A DNA stretch of 64,000 nucleotides from Acidobacteriota bacterium (GCA_016715115.1 JADKBM010000013.1:423475-487474), one strand, 5' to 3'. Counted from the stretch's first letter, positions 38,392-48,442 are shown. A program made the numbers and translations. The notes: generated by a model from the sequence alone, not told the origin.

Positions 38392-38730
38392 TCAGCTTCC
38401 GCGTGCGAACGTTGCTTTCATCCGGCGAGCGACTGAGTCCAGCGCGTCTTCCCGCGTTTCGTCGATTTCGACGTCGCTGAGGACCGTGACCAGCGCGTAC
38501 GGGGTTCCGCCCAACCGCCGAAGTTCCCAGGATTCGCTTCCGGGCTGCGATACCCTCGAGAACCAAAGCCCGTCGAAATCATCGGTTACCACCGAAACCG
38601 ATCCGAAAAGCGAATTCGATGTCTCGCCGAGTGCTTCGGAACTTGGCCGTGAAAGCAAAACACGGCGTAGTACCCAGCCGTGTTTTGCGTAAAGCTTCAG
38701 GATTTCCCGGACTTCATTCGGGTCGATCAT
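38392..38730 (-). CDS. Hypothetical protein
   Basis: 112 aa. Its ATG overlaps the stop of the upstream lipoprotein gene (ATGA at 38727-38730), implying translational coupling. Confidence 0.5.
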   Translation of the reverse strand: MIDPNEVREILKLYAKHGWVLRRVLLSRPSSEALGETSNSLFGSVSVVTDDFDGLWFSRVSQPGSESWELRRLGGTPYALVTVLSDVEIDETREDALDSVARRMKATFARGS

Positions 38731-39398
38731 TTCTCTTTAGCCGCTTTAGGGGCCCGTTTCGGATTCGTGAAGTTGGCGTTGGCGTTGGCGTTCGGTCCCG
38801 GAACCAGATTCGGATTGTTGGCATTCGCCGCTTCCTGTTCGATCACCGTTTGGCTCTTTCCGGGCGATTTCCACTTGCCGCCGAACGCGTCGCCGAAGGC
38901 CGCCTTCCAACTTCCGTCTTCGAGGACGAACGGCAAATCGTCCCATTGTTTGCGGGTCGAGTTCCAGACTTCGACGGCCGCGAAACCGCCTTTGATCCGT
39001 TCGTCGCGAAGTTCCGGCATCGTGTCGGCGAAGGTCGTTTCGGTGAAGCCGTTCTTGACCACTTCCTCAACCGTTTTCTTTTGCTGCCCGGCCGCCATTT
39101 CGGCGAGTCCGAGCGAGCCCTTTGAAAGCATCGCCTTGATCTTGGTCGGATCCTGACTCTTAACCGCGGCAAAAAGCATCCGGTACGCTTCGCTCGGCGA
39201 AGTCGCGTTTCCGACGGGATAATCGGTCATCGTCGGCGGCTTCGTTTCCGGCGTCGGGGTCGTGCCGCCGTTGATGTTCGGCTTGGTGTTGACGGTGTTC
39301 GCCGAGTTTGTCGGTTTCTTGGCACAGGCGAACGCAAAGACAACCGCCGACGCAACAAGCGCCAGCGCAACGATCTTCTGAAAATTTCCTAACTGCAT
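38727..39398 (-). CDS. Putative lipoprotein, function unknown
   Basis: The ATG at 39398 gives MQLGNFQKIVALALVASAVVFAFAC (lipobox-like FAFAC). A low-complexity linker is followed by a globular domain and an Asn/Ala/Pro-rich basic tail. Confidence 0.55.
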   Translation of the reverse strand: MQLGNFQKIVALALVASAVVFAFACAKKPTNSANTVNTKPNINGGTTPTPETKPPTMTDYPVGNATSPSEAYRMLFAAVKSQDPTKIKAMLSKGSLGLAEMAAGQQKKTVEEVVKNGFTETTFADTMPELRDERIKGGFAAVEVWNSTRKQWDDLPFVLEDGSWKAAFGDAFGGKWKSPGKSQTVIEQEAANANNPNLVPGPNANANANFTNPKRAPKAAKEK

Positions 39399-39548
39399 AT
39401 TCTGTAAGCTTCCTCTCAGGGTCAAGAAATTATGATAAAGCAAACCGACGAAGCCGACAATCGCCGATTCTGGATTCAGAACTTAGCCGGAGCTGCAATT
39501 TACTAAGGCCGCACGTTCGTTCTATGATAAACGTTCGAAACTTTCGAT

Positions 39549-40385
39549 ATGAAGACCTGTCCGAGCTGCAATTCTCAATACACCGACGACACCCTGCGTT
39601 TCTGTCTTCAGGACGGAACGCCGCTCGTGGAGCCCTCCGGAGCGCCCACGATCGCATTCAACGAACAGGAAACGTTTGTTTCGGCGCGGCCGACAAATCC
39701 GCCGATCGCGGGTTTTGAACGCCAGACCCAGCCGATGCTGGCACCGGCGCCGGCGCCGGCAAGGTCGAATCTTCTGATCGTCGCCGTGCTCATCCTGGCC
39801 GTCCTGCTGCTTGCCTTCGTCGGGGTCGGAGCCTGGATCATCTACACCGGCGGTTCGCCCTATTCGCGCACGAATCCGATGCTCGCTAATGCGAACACGG
39901 ACAAGCCCGTAACGTCGTCAAAACCGCGAACCGACACGGCCGTCAACAAGCCGGCCTCAAACGTGAAAGCCAATTCAAATGCGAACGCGGATTCGCAGCA
40001 GATCAAGACCGACGTCGCCGAACGTATTGAAGCTTGGCGGACCGGAATTGAAGCGGTCAATCTCGACCGCTTTATGGAAAACTATGCCGAATCGGTCGAT
40101 TACTATAATGGCCGCGGGACGACGCGCGCGGCCGTCCGGGACGACAAACAGCGGGCTTTCGTAAAATTCGATTCGATGAAGATGACGATCTCGAATATGA
40201 CGATCACGCCGGGTGCGGGCGGAACGCGCGCGGTCGCGGTCTTCGATAAGGAATGGATCTTCACGAACGCCGCCGGCGAACGCAACGCGGGCAAGGTCCG
40301 CCAGCAGTTGACGCTTGAGAAGATCAACGGAAAATGGCTCATCATCCTTGAAAAAGACTTGAAGATCATCCAGAGACCGTCCTGA
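39549..40385 (+). CDS. Zinc-ribbon / single-TM / SnoaL(NTF2)-like domain protein
   Basis: MKTCPSCNSQYTDDTLRFCLQDGTPL is a zinc ribbon. A TM helix (LLIVAVLILAVLLLAFVGVGAWII) and a C-terminal domain of about 120 aa with a DUF4440/SnoaL-like pattern follow. Confidence 0.6.
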   Translation: MKTCPSCNSQYTDDTLRFCLQDGTPLVEPSGAPTIAFNEQETFVSARPTNPPIAGFERQTQPMLAPAPAPARSNLLIVAVLILAVLLLAFVGVGAWIIYTGGSPYSRTNPMLANANTDKPVTSSKPRTDTAVNKPASNVKANSNANADSQQIKTDVAERIEAWRTGIEAVNLDRFMENYAESVDYYNGRGTTRAAVRDDKQRAFVKFDSMKMTISNMTITPGAGGTRAVAVFDKEWIFTNAAGERNAGKVRQQLTLEKINGKWLIILEKDLKIIQRPS

Positions 40386-41341
40386 TGAAAGCGCTTAGAT
40401 TTACCGATAACACATTGAAAATGGAGGACTTGGCTTTGCCCACCGCGATCGGCGAAGCGCTTGTGCGCGTCGTTCGCTCGGGAATTTGCAACACCGACCT
40501 TGAAATCGTTCGGGGCTATGCGGGTTTTTCGGGAACGATCGGACACGAGTTCGTCGGGATCGTCGAAGAATGCGCGGAAAATCCGGCGCTCGTCGGAAAA
40601 CGCGTTGTCGGCGAGATCAATGTCGGTTGCGGAATTTGCGGTCTTTGCCGGGCCGGCGACTCGCGGCATTGTCCGGCACGGACCGTTCTCGGGATCAAGG
40701 GCCGCGATGGCGCGCACGCCGGATTTCTGAATCTCCCGGCCCGCAATCTGCTTGAGGTTCCGGCCGGCGTCAGCGACGAACAGGCCATCTTCACCGAACC
40801 GCTTGCCGCCGCCTACGGAATCACCGAACAGGTCGAGATCGGAAAGGATACGCGTGTCGCCGTGATCGGCGACGGCAAACTCGGAATTCTATGCGCCCTG
40901 AGCCTCGCGCTCGAAAGCGATCGGGTCGTTTTGATCGGGAAGCACCGGGAAAAACTATCCGTTGCCCGGAAGCGTAATATCGAAACCGACTTCGCCGAGA
41001 GCGGCGCGAAGCGCGCCGGCGAGTTTGATGTCGTCGTCGAGGCGAGCGGCAGCGAGTCCGGCTTCGATCTGGCGGCGGAACTCGTTCGGCCACGCGGCAA
41101 GATAGTCCTGAAATCGACGTTCGCCGGAAAGACGAGTCTCGATCTCTGGCGCGTGGTCGTGGACGAGATCTCCGTCGTCGGCTCACGTTGCGGCCGTTTC
41201 GCTCCGGCGCTGCAGTTAATGGCCGGCGGCCGGATCAATGTTGAAGATATGATATCGGATGAGTTTCGCCTCGAAGACGGTGTCGAGGCGATGCGCCGCG
41301 CCGCCGAGAAAGGCGTTCTCAAGGTTATGCTCACGATGTAG
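40385..41341 (+). CDS. Zinc-dependent alcohol dehydrogenase family (MDR) oxidoreductase
   Basis: GICNTDLEIVRGY...GHEFVG and the structural-zinc Cys cluster CGICGLCRAGDSRHC. Rossmann motif VIGDGKLG. The start overlaps the upstream stop (TGATG). Confidence 0.85.
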   Translation: MKALRFTDNTLKMEDLALPTAIGEALVRVVRSGICNTDLEIVRGYAGFSGTIGHEFVGIVEECAENPALVGKRVVGEINVGCGICGLCRAGDSRHCPARTVLGIKGRDGAHAGFLNLPARNLLEVPAGVSDEQAIFTEPLAAAYGITEQVEIGKDTRVAVIGDGKLGILCALSLALESDRVVLIGKHREKLSVARKRNIETDFAESGAKRAGEFDVVVEASGSESGFDLAAELVRPRGKIVLKSTFAGKTSLDLWRVVVDEISVVGSRCGRFAPALQLMAGGRINVEDMISDEFRLEDGVEAMRRAAEKGVLKVMLTM

Positions 41342-41389
41342 TTCGGAGTGTTATAATCGGATCAACCGGCGTTTTTTGGAGGTCCCGTT

Positions 41390-42892
41390 ATGAGGTTTTG
41401 CGGAAAGACTTTTCTTGTTTTCGTGGCGGTCTCGGTGCTCGCGGTTTCAGCGATCGCGCAGACCGGGGTCGAGCGTTCGCGGGCGGCGGCGATCACGCCC
41501 GAAAAACTCTCGTCTTCGTTTGCCGAGGTTGCGAAATCCGTCGAATCCGCCGTTGTCAATATCGACACGCGCTCGAAAAGCTCGGAGATCGGGATCAAGG
41601 ACAATAGCGGCGGAAAGGCGGATGGGATCGACGAAATGCTGCGCCGCCAGGAGCGTCGGCAGTCGGTCGCGGTCGGCAGCGGCTTCATCTTCGACAAATC
41701 GGGCTTTATCGTCACGAACTCGCACGTCGTCGAAGACGCTGCAAGGATCTTCGTACAGCTTCCGGGCGGCGAGGAGTTCGTCGCAACACTCGTCGGGATC
41801 GATGAGGAAACGGATCTTGCGGTGCTCAAGATCGATGCCGGCCGCGAACTTCCGGTACTCAGATTCGCTGATTCCGAAACATCACGCGTCGGCGATTGGG
41901 TGCTTGCCTTCGGTTCGCCGTTCGGGCTCGCGAACACGGTCACGGCCGGCATAATCTCGCAGGTAAAACGCGAAACGCCGGGGACTCCGCTCCGGCCGTT
42001 CCAAAAATTCATACAGACGGACGCCGCCATAAATCGCGGAAACTCGGGCGGGCCGCTCGTCAATATGAACGGCGAGGTAATCGGAATCAATTCGCAGATC
42101 GCAACATCGACCGGCGACAGCAACGGAATCGGCTTTGCGCTTCCGTCCAACGAGGCGGCGCGGGTTTTGCGGCAGATCGTCGAGTACGGAAAGGTCCGAC
42201 GCGGGTATTTGGGCGTCAATATGGACTCGGTAAAAGCCGAGTTCGCAAAGGTTTACGGTTTGGACGAAGCGCGTGGAGCGGTGATCACGAACATTTCGGA
42301 CAAGCGAAGCGCGGCGGCTGTCGCCGGACTTCTTGCGGGCGACATCATTCTCGAGGTTGACGGCAAAAGGATCGCGGACGCACAGGATCTGATCGAAAAG
42401 GTCGCCGCGAGCGCGCCTGACCAAACCGTCGAGATGACGATCATTCGCGAGGCCGGAGCTAAGCTTGAACGGATGTCGCTTCCGGTGAAACTCGGTGAAC
42501 GTCCGACAGTTACGAAGCAACTGCCAAATAGCGAGCGTCGCGTCCTACCGGTCGATGGCCGGACGGAACCGTTGAACCCGTTCGGACTGACGATGTCCGA
42601 ACTGACGCCGACGATCGCCGCGGCATACAAGATCGAAGGGCAGAAGGGCGTTGTTGTCAAAACGATCAGCCCGACGAGTTTCATTGCCGATGTTCGCGCC
42701 GCGAACGGAGACGATGCGTTGCGTGAAGGAGACGTCATCGTTCGCGTCAACCGCGTTCCGGTCACTGATCTGAAGACGTTCAATGATGTCGCCGGCAAAT
42801 TGAAAAAGGGCGATGCCGTGGTCCTGAATGTGCTCAGCGTCAACGCCGCGCGCGTTTCGGTTCCGAAGATCGTTCAGTTTACGGTCCGCTGA
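41390..42892 (+). CDS. Do/DegP/HtrA family periplasmic serine protease with two PDZ domains
   Basis: 500 aa. GGAGG RBS, signal peptide, triad contexts IVTNSHVV, DLAVLKI and GNSGGPLVN, then two PDZ-like modules. Confidence 0.9.
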   Translation: MRFCGKTFLVFVAVSVLAVSAIAQTGVERSRAAAITPEKLSSSFAEVAKSVESAVVNIDTRSKSSEIGIKDNSGGKADGIDEMLRRQERRQSVAVGSGFIFDKSGFIVTNSHVVEDAARIFVQLPGGEEFVATLVGIDEETDLAVLKIDAGRELPVLRFADSETSRVGDWVLAFGSPFGLANTVTAGIISQVKRETPGTPLRPFQKFIQTDAAINRGNSGGPLVNMNGEVIGINSQIATSTGDSNGIGFALPSNEAARVLRQIVEYGKVRRGYLGVNMDSVKAEFAKVYGLDEARGAVITNISDKRSAAAVAGLLAGDIILEVDGKRIADAQDLIEKVAASAPDQTVEMTIIREAGAKLERMSLPVKLGERPTVTKQLPNSERRVLPVDGRTEPLNPFGLTMSELTPTIAAAYKIEGQKGVVVKTISPTSFIADVRAANGDDALREGDVIVRVNRVPVTDLKTFNDVAGKLKKGDAVVLNVLSVNAARVSVPKIVQFTVR

Positions 42893-42957
42893 TTTGTCGG
42901 GCGAATGTCATTTGACGATTAACAATTTAGAATCAACGATTTACAATTCACAAAGTT

Positions 42958-44487
42958 ATGTCCAAAACAAAAGAATCGAAAAAGAAAACTACCAAAACAC
43001 CGACCTACCACAACTACATCGCCGGCGAATGGGTGAAATCGTCGTCGGGCGAATGGTTTGAAAATTTGAATCCGGCCGATACGACCGATGTCGTCGGTCG
43101 TTTTCCGAAATCGAACGCGGAAGACGTAAACCGCGCCGTCGATGCCGCGAAATCGGCCGCCACGCGCTGGCGCCGGACTCCGGCCCCGAAACGCGCCGAG
43201 ATCCTTTTCCGGCTCGGCGAGATTCTGCGCGAGAACAAGGACGAATTCACGCGCCAGATGACGCGCGAGATGGGCAAGGTTTTGAAAGAAGCCGGCGGCG
43301 ATGTTCAGGAAGCGATCGACTGCACTTATTACACGGCCGGCGAAGGCCGCCGTCTTCACGGATTCACGACGCCGGCCGAAATGCCGAACAAATTCGCGAT
43401 GTGCGTCCGCCAGCCGGTCGGCGTCTGCGGTCTGATCACGCCCTTCAACTTCCCGATGGCGATCCCGTCGTGGAAACTGATCCCGGCGCTCGTGTGCGGC
43501 AACACGGTCGTCATCAAATCGGGCGAAGACGTGCCGCTTTCGACGATAAATCTCGTCAAGGCGTGCGAAGAGGCCGGAATTCCGAAAGGTGTCGTCAACG
43601 TCGTCAACGGTTTCGGCGATGCCGGCGCGGCGCTTGTGAGACATCACGACGTGCGCTTGATCTCGTTTACGGGTTCGACCGATACCGGCCGCATCATCGC
43701 CGAAAAATGCGCCGCCGACAACAAGATCGTCTCGCTCGAAATGGGCGGCAAGAACGCGATAATCGTGATGGACGACGCCGATATCGACAACGCGGTCGAC
43801 GGCTCGCTGTGGGGCGCGTTCGGAACCAGCGGCCAGCGTTGCACCGCTTCGTCGCGGCTCGTCGTGCACAAGAAAATCTACAAGAAATTCTGCGAAAAAC
43901 TCGTCGAACGCGTCAAGAAACTCAAGGTAGGCAACGGACTAGATCCGAAAACCGAGGTCGGACCTGTGATCAATCAAAAGCAGATGGAAAAGATCCTCGG
44001 CTACATCGAGATCGGCCAAAAGGAAGACAAGGCGACGCTCGCGGTCGGTGGAAGCCGTCTGACGAAGGGCGACTATAAGAACGGCTGGTTTATCGAGCCG
44101 ACGGTCTTCACGAACGTCGACCGCAATCATCGCGTCGGCCAGGAAGAGATCTTCGGGCCGGTGACGTCGGTCATTCCGTTCTCGACTCTCGAAGAGGCGA
44201 TCGACATCGTCAACGACGTCAAATACGGACTTTCGTCGGCGATCTACACGCAGGACGTCAACCAGGCGTTTTACGCGATGCAGGAACTCTACACGGGCAT
44301 TTGTTACGTCAACTCGGCGACCATCGGCGCGGAAGTCCACCTCCCGTTCGGCGGGACGAAGGGAACCGGCAACGGCCATCGCGAAGCGGGAACCCAGGTG
44401 CTCGACATTTTCAGCGAATGGAAGGCGCTGTACATCGATTACTCGGGCAAACTGCAGAAAGCGCAGATCGACGAGGTTGAGATCTGA
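42958..44487 (+). CDS. NAD(P)-dependent aldehyde dehydrogenase
   Basis: 509 aa. [11 protein letters not shown] and [12 protein letters not shown] catalytic motifs, plus EEIFGPV. Confidence 0.9.
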   Translation: MSKTKESKKKTTKTPTYHNYIAGEWVKSSSGEWFENLNPADTTDVVGRFPKSNAEDVNRAVDAAKSAATRWRRTPAPKRAEILFRLGEILRENKDEFTRQMTREMGKVLKEAGGDVQEAIDCTYYTAGEGRRLHGFTTPAEMPNKFAMCVRQPVGVCGLITPFNFPMAIPSWKLIPALVCGNTVVIKSGEDVPLSTINLVKACEEAGIPKGVVNVVNGFGDAGAALVRHHDVRLISFTGSTDTGRIIAEKCAADNKIVSLEMGGKNAIIVMDDADIDNAVDGSLWGAFGTSGQRCTASSRLVVHKKIYKKFCEKLVERVKKLKVGNGLDPKTEVGPVINQKQMEKILGYIEIGQKEDKATLAVGGSRLTKGDYKNGWFIEPTVFTNVDRNHRVGQEEIFGPVTSVIPFSTLEEAIDIVNDVKYGLSSAIYTQDVNQAFYAMQELYTGICYVNSATIGAEVHLPFGGTKGTGNGHREAGTQVLDIFSEWKALYIDYSGKLQKAQIDEVEI

Positions 44488-44496
44488 CGGACCGCG

Positions 44497-44592
44497 GGCA
44501 ACGGAGCGCGGGCATCCTGCCCGCCCGCGCAGCAAAAGCCGAGCTTGAATTAAAGGGAACGCGCGGGCAGAGATGCCCGCGCTCCGTTCGCC
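44497..44592. repeat. Inverted repeat element (about 28-nt arms) between the aldehyde dehydrogenase gene and ald
   Basis: ggcaacggagcgcgggcatcctgcccgc (44497-44524) and gcgggcagagatgcccgcgctccgttcgcc (44563-44592). The left arm holds an internal hairpin GCGGGCA-TCC-TGCCCGC. Confidence 0.85.
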
Positions 44593-44694
44593 AAAATATT
44601 CGCTGATGCCTTTTTCTTATTCCGCAAAACAACGTAAAATCGACCAACATAGGCATTACTTATCACAACATAACTCTGGAGAATTTTTTGCACA

Positions 44695-45810
44695 ATGAAA
44701 ATCGGATTACCTAAAGAGATCAAAGACAACGAGTATCGGGTTGGTTTGACCCCGGCGGGCGTGAATGCGCTGACGAATTCGGGGCATGAGGTTTTTGTCC
44801 AAAGAACGGCCGGACAGGGGTCGGGTTTTAGCGACGAGAATTACGTCAACGCCGGCGGGATCTTGCTCGATACAGCGGACGAAGTTTGGGCGACTGGCGA
44901 TATGATCGTCAAGGTCAAGGAACCGATCGCGCCGGAGTATCCGCGGATGCGCGAAGATCAGGTTCTGTTCACATATTTACACCTGGCGCCGGAATTCGAA
45001 CTCACGAAGCAGATGATGAACCGCAAGGTCACGGGGGTCGCGTACGAAACGATCACCGACAAACTGGGCCGTCTGCCGCTGCTGACGCCGATGTCGGAGG
45101 TGGCGGGCCGGATGTCGGTTCAGGTCGGCGCGACATACCTTGAAAAAATGAACGGCGGACGCGGAATTCTGCTTGGCGGCGTCCCGGGAGTGCCGGCGGC
45201 GAACGTTGTCATCATCGGCGGCGGCGTGGTCGGGACCGAGGCCGCGAAAATGGCCGTTGGACTTGGCGCGCACGTGACGATCATCGACATCAATCTCGAT
45301 CGCCTGCGTCAACTCGATGACATTTTTCTTTCGAAGGTTCAAACCCTTGCCTCGTCGCGTTATGCGATCCGCGAAGCGATCTCGCACGCCGATCTCGTCA
45401 TCGGCGGCGTTCTCGTCGTCGGCGCCGCGGCCCCGAAACTCGTCACGCGCGATATGCTGAAGGACATTCCGAACGGCGCTGTTTTGGTCGATGTCGCCGT
45501 CGATCAGGGCGGCTGTTTCGAAACGACGCACGCGACGACGCACTCGAATCCGACTTTTTACGAGGAAGGCGTGCTTCATTACTGCGTTGCGAATATGCCG
45601 GGCGCGGTTCCGCGAACCTCGACCTTTGCACTCACGAACGCGACGCTGCCGTACGCGCTCGCGCTCGCCAACAAAGGCTTCGCACAAGCAATCGCCGACG
45701 ATGCCGGACTCAAGGAAGGCGTCAACACCTTCGCCGGAAAATGTACATACGAAGCGGTCGCGACTTCGCAGAACATTGAATACACGCCGCTCGATGATCT
45801 GCTCGGATAG
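44695..45810 (+). CDS. ald: Alanine dehydrogenase
   Basis: [23 protein letters not shown]..., [17 protein letters not shown] and a length of 371 aa are typical Ald. Confidence 0.9.
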   Translation: MKIGLPKEIKDNEYRVGLTPAGVNALTNSGHEVFVQRTAGQGSGFSDENYVNAGGILLDTADEVWATGDMIVKVKEPIAPEYPRMREDQVLFTYLHLAPEFELTKQMMNRKVTGVAYETITDKLGRLPLLTPMSEVAGRMSVQVGATYLEKMNGGRGILLGGVPGVPAANVVIIGGGVVGTEAAKMAVGLGAHVTIIDINLDRLRQLDDIFLSKVQTLASSRYAIREAISHADLVIGGVLVVGAAAPKLVTRDMLKDIPNGAVLVDVAVDQGGCFETTHATTHSNPTFYEEGVLHYCVANMPGAVPRTSTFALTNATLPYALALANKGFAQAIADDAGLKEGVNTFAGKCTYEAVATSQNIEYTPLDDLLG

Positions 45811-45869
45811 TTTTTGAGAGATTGCCGCTTTTTGAAGCGCCGATTTTTCGGGAGCGAAACGAATCACGA

Positions 45870-45908
45870 ATAAAAAACACCACGTGGGACGAAAGCCCTA
45901 CGTGGTGT
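45870..45908 (-). terminator. Rho-independent terminator on the minus strand, about 190 nt downstream of the REC gene
   Basis: The minus strand reads acaccacgtagggctttcgtcccacgtggtgt followed by tttttta. The plus-strand side lacks a T-run. Confidence 0.55.
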
Positions 45909-46101
45909 TTCCGCTCATCCCGGATTACGCGAAAGAGAATGCCGCCCGCGAATTCTCGCAAATGAACCGTCGCCGGGAGTTACGGTGCTGGCGGCAAACC
46001 TGGCGCGTGGTTTCGCGCAAAGATCGCTAAATCCGCAAAGAATTCAGCACTGCGACGAATTCGAAAACAAATTTGACTTCGCTTTTTCGACGGCATTGGA
46101 A

Positions 46102-46485
46102 TCAATCGATCTTCTCATTGCCGATCAGTCGCTCAAGTGTTCGCAGCAAGGTCTCTTGCAAATTCGTGTCTTTCGTCAGAAAAGCGTCGGAAAACCGGCC
46201 GTCATTCGCGTTTTCTTCGAGCCCACTGAGGATCACGCAAGGTAGCGGACGAGATTCCGGCCTCGCTTGGATCAAGCGGCATAACTCGTATCCGGACAGA
46301 TTCGGCATAATCGCATCCGCGACGACGGCATCGAAAACGTTCTTGTTAATGAGTTCCATCGCGACCAGGCCGTCTTCCGCCAGATCAACGGCGTAGCCCG
46401 CCTTTGTTAAAATGATCGCGATGAACCTGCGCATCGAAGAATCGTCTTCCGCAAGCAGAATGCGCTTTTTATTACTGGTCGCCAT
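46102..46485 (-). CDS. Stand-alone response regulator receiver (REC) protein
   Basis: The ATG at 46485 gives MATSNKKRILLAEDDSSMRRFIAIIL...DAVVADAIMPNLSG...K, the receiver-domain acidic pocket and Lys pattern. Confidence 0.8.
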   Translation of the reverse strand: MATSNKKRILLAEDDSSMRRFIAIILTKAGYAVDLAEDGLVAMELINKNVFDAVVADAIMPNLSGYELCRLIQARPESRPLPCVILSGLEENANDGRFSDAFLTKDTNLQETLLRTLERLIGNEKID

Positions 46486-46613
46486 AGACACACCGAGCCC
46501 CTCCAAACATTGGAAACAAATGTCTTTGGGGATAGACGAACGATCGTGAGGGTTGATTTAGCTTAAATAACTTGCCAAGCTTTTGTCAATCAACATAAAC
46601 TTGACGTTTCCTT

Positions 46614-48038
46614 ATGTACGAATTTGCCGTTACACCGGCCGTTACACAAGTCAGACGCGCCGGCGTGATCATTACGGATGTCGCTCCGGACTCTCTCGGC
46701 GTCGAGCTCGGACTTGAAAGCGGTGACCGCATCGTCAAGGTGAACGGGCGTTCGATCCGCGATTATCTCGATTTTCGATTCCAGACGTCTGGTGAGACCG
46801 AACTCGAATTCACCGTCAAGAAATCAAACGGCGAGACCTGGGAGATCGAACTCGATCGGGAAGAAGGTGAAGATTTCGGGCTCGGATTCGAACAGATCGT
46901 GCCGCGCCAATGCGCCAACGAATGTCTTTTCTGCTTCTGCAAGGGAAATCCCGAAGACGCGCGTCCGTCGCTTTTCGTGCGCGACGAAGATATCCGGCTC
47001 TCGTTTTTGTACGGGAATTACACGACGCTCTCGTCGATCACGCCCGACGAGATGAAGCGGATCGTCGAACAACGCCTGTCGCCGCAGTACGTTTCGGTCC
47101 ACGCGACGGATCTCAAGACGCGTGCCTATCTGCTTGGTGTCGATGAAAAACGGGCGGACATTTCCGACAAACTTCAGTTTCTTTTGGACAACGATATCGA
47201 GATCCACGCGCAGGTCGTACTCTGTCCGACGATCAATGACGGCGCACAGCTTGAGAAGACGCTGCGCGATCTGGCGGCGAGCTATCCGAAGGTTATCTCG
47301 ACGGCCGTCGTTCCGGTCGCGCTGACGCGCTACAACAAAGACGACCGACTGACGCGCGTGACGCCAGAATTCTGTCGCGCGACGATCAAGCAAGTCGAGA
47401 AGCTGCAGAAGGAATTTCGCAAAGAGCTGGGCGCAACGTTCGCTTTTCTCGGTGACGAGATCTACATTAAGGCGGGCGCACCGATCCCTTCGCGGCGGCA
47501 TTACGGAAACTATCCGCAGATCGAAGACGGCGTCGGGATGATCCGTTCGTTTCTGAACAGGTTCGAGAAGCTTGTCGGAACCTTGAATGGCGGCGGCGCA
47601 TTGACGAAACGCTCCAATCGAATCGACGCCCGGACCCATCTCGCCGCGTTCGTGCCGGAAAATCTAAAATCCAAAATCCAAAATCCAAAATCGAAAACCG
47701 GATCGATCCTGACCGGCGAAATGTTCGCGCCGATCCTCAGAACCGAAATCGAAAAGATCAATGCTTTGACGGGCGCGAGATTGAGCGTCCTTGCGGTTCC
47801 CAACACGTATTTCGGCGGTGATGTTTCGGTCTCGGGCCTGCTCACCGGACAGGATTATCTGGCCGTCAGGGGACAGGTCACGGGCGATTTTGTGATTATC
47901 CCGAAACATACGATCAAATCGGACGAACCGATTTTGCTCGACGGAATGACGTTCGACCAACTGAAGGAATCGTTCGAAGTTCCGATCTATGCCTTCGATC
48001 TTGAGGAACTCGCCGCCTTTGCGTTGAAGCTAAAGTAG
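46614..48038 (+). CDS. PDZ + radical-SAM-like + DUF512 protein (TIGR03279-type putative FeS enzyme)
   Basis: 474 aa. N-terminal PDZ (GLESGDRIVKVNG), a Cx3Cx2C motif (CANECLFC) and a DUF512-like C-terminus. It contains a 42-nt in-frame heptamer array (ENLKSKIQNPKSKT). Confidence 0.75.
   Translation: MYEFAVTPAVTQVRRAGVIITDVAPDSLGVELGLESGDRIVKVNGRSIRDYLDFRFQTSGETELEFTVKKSNGETWEIELDREEGEDFGLGFEQIVPRQCANECLFCFCKGNPEDARPSLFVRDEDIRLSFLYGNYTTLSSITPDEMKRIVEQRLSPQYVSVHATDLKTRAYLLGVDEKRADISDKLQFLLDNDIEIHAQVVLCPTINDGAQLEKTLRDLAASYPKVISTAVVPVALTRYNKDDRLTRVTPEFCRATIKQVEKLQKEFRKELGATFAFLGDEIYIKAGAPIPSRRHYGNYPQIEDGVGMIRSFLNRFEKLVGTLNGGGALTKRSNRIDARTHLAAFVPENLKSKIQNPKSKTGSILTGEMFAPILRTEIEKINALTGARLSVLAVPNTYFGGDVSVSGLLTGQDYLAVRGQVTGDFVIIPKHTIKSDEPILLDGMTFDQLKESFEVPIYAFDLEELAAFALKLK
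47659..47700. repeat. In-frame intragenic heptamer array (6 units, 42 nt) in the DUF512 gene
   Basis: aaaatct aaaatcc aaaatcc aaaatcc aaaatcg aaaaccg, translated as NLKSKIQNPKSKT. Confidence 0.85.
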
Positions 48039-48314
48039 ACTTTTCAGTCGCTTGCACGACGTGACCAACTGCGATCGCTGATTCTCGGCCTCGCTAAATC
48101 TCCCGCCACGAATTTCCGCGAGCAGTGCTGTCGCGCCTGTTTCGATCTCTTTCGCCGATTCTTTGTGGACCGGATCTTCGACGTCTTCGATCATACGTGC
48201 CGCGTGATGCGCAAGATCGCACCTTTGGGTGTTCCCCAGATCTTCGACCCGGTTGCTGTTAAGTTCGGTGATAAGTAGCGAGATCCGCGTGAACGGACTG
48301 AGTCCTTTTGCCAT
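48030..48314 (-). CDS. Small hypothetical protein
   Basis: ATG at 48314 with AAGGAG 9 nt upstream; 94 aa. Its 3' end overlaps the convergent DUF512 gene by 9 nt. Weak support. Confidence 0.4.
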   Translation of the reverse strand: MAKGLSPFTRISLLITELNSNRVEDLGNTQRCDLAHHAARMIEDVEDPVHKESAKEIETGATALLAEIRGGRFSEAENQRSQLVTSCKRLKSLL

Positions 48315-48442
48315 TCGAAAAACTCCTTTCGTTTTGTGGCCAAAAGTCACTCAATGCGGCGATCTCCGTTTGATATGAGAAAAGAAGCGAGCCAGTCTTC
48401 GTTCGAGTCTGAGCCTAGGTCAAGCGGCGGGCGTTGTCAAAT

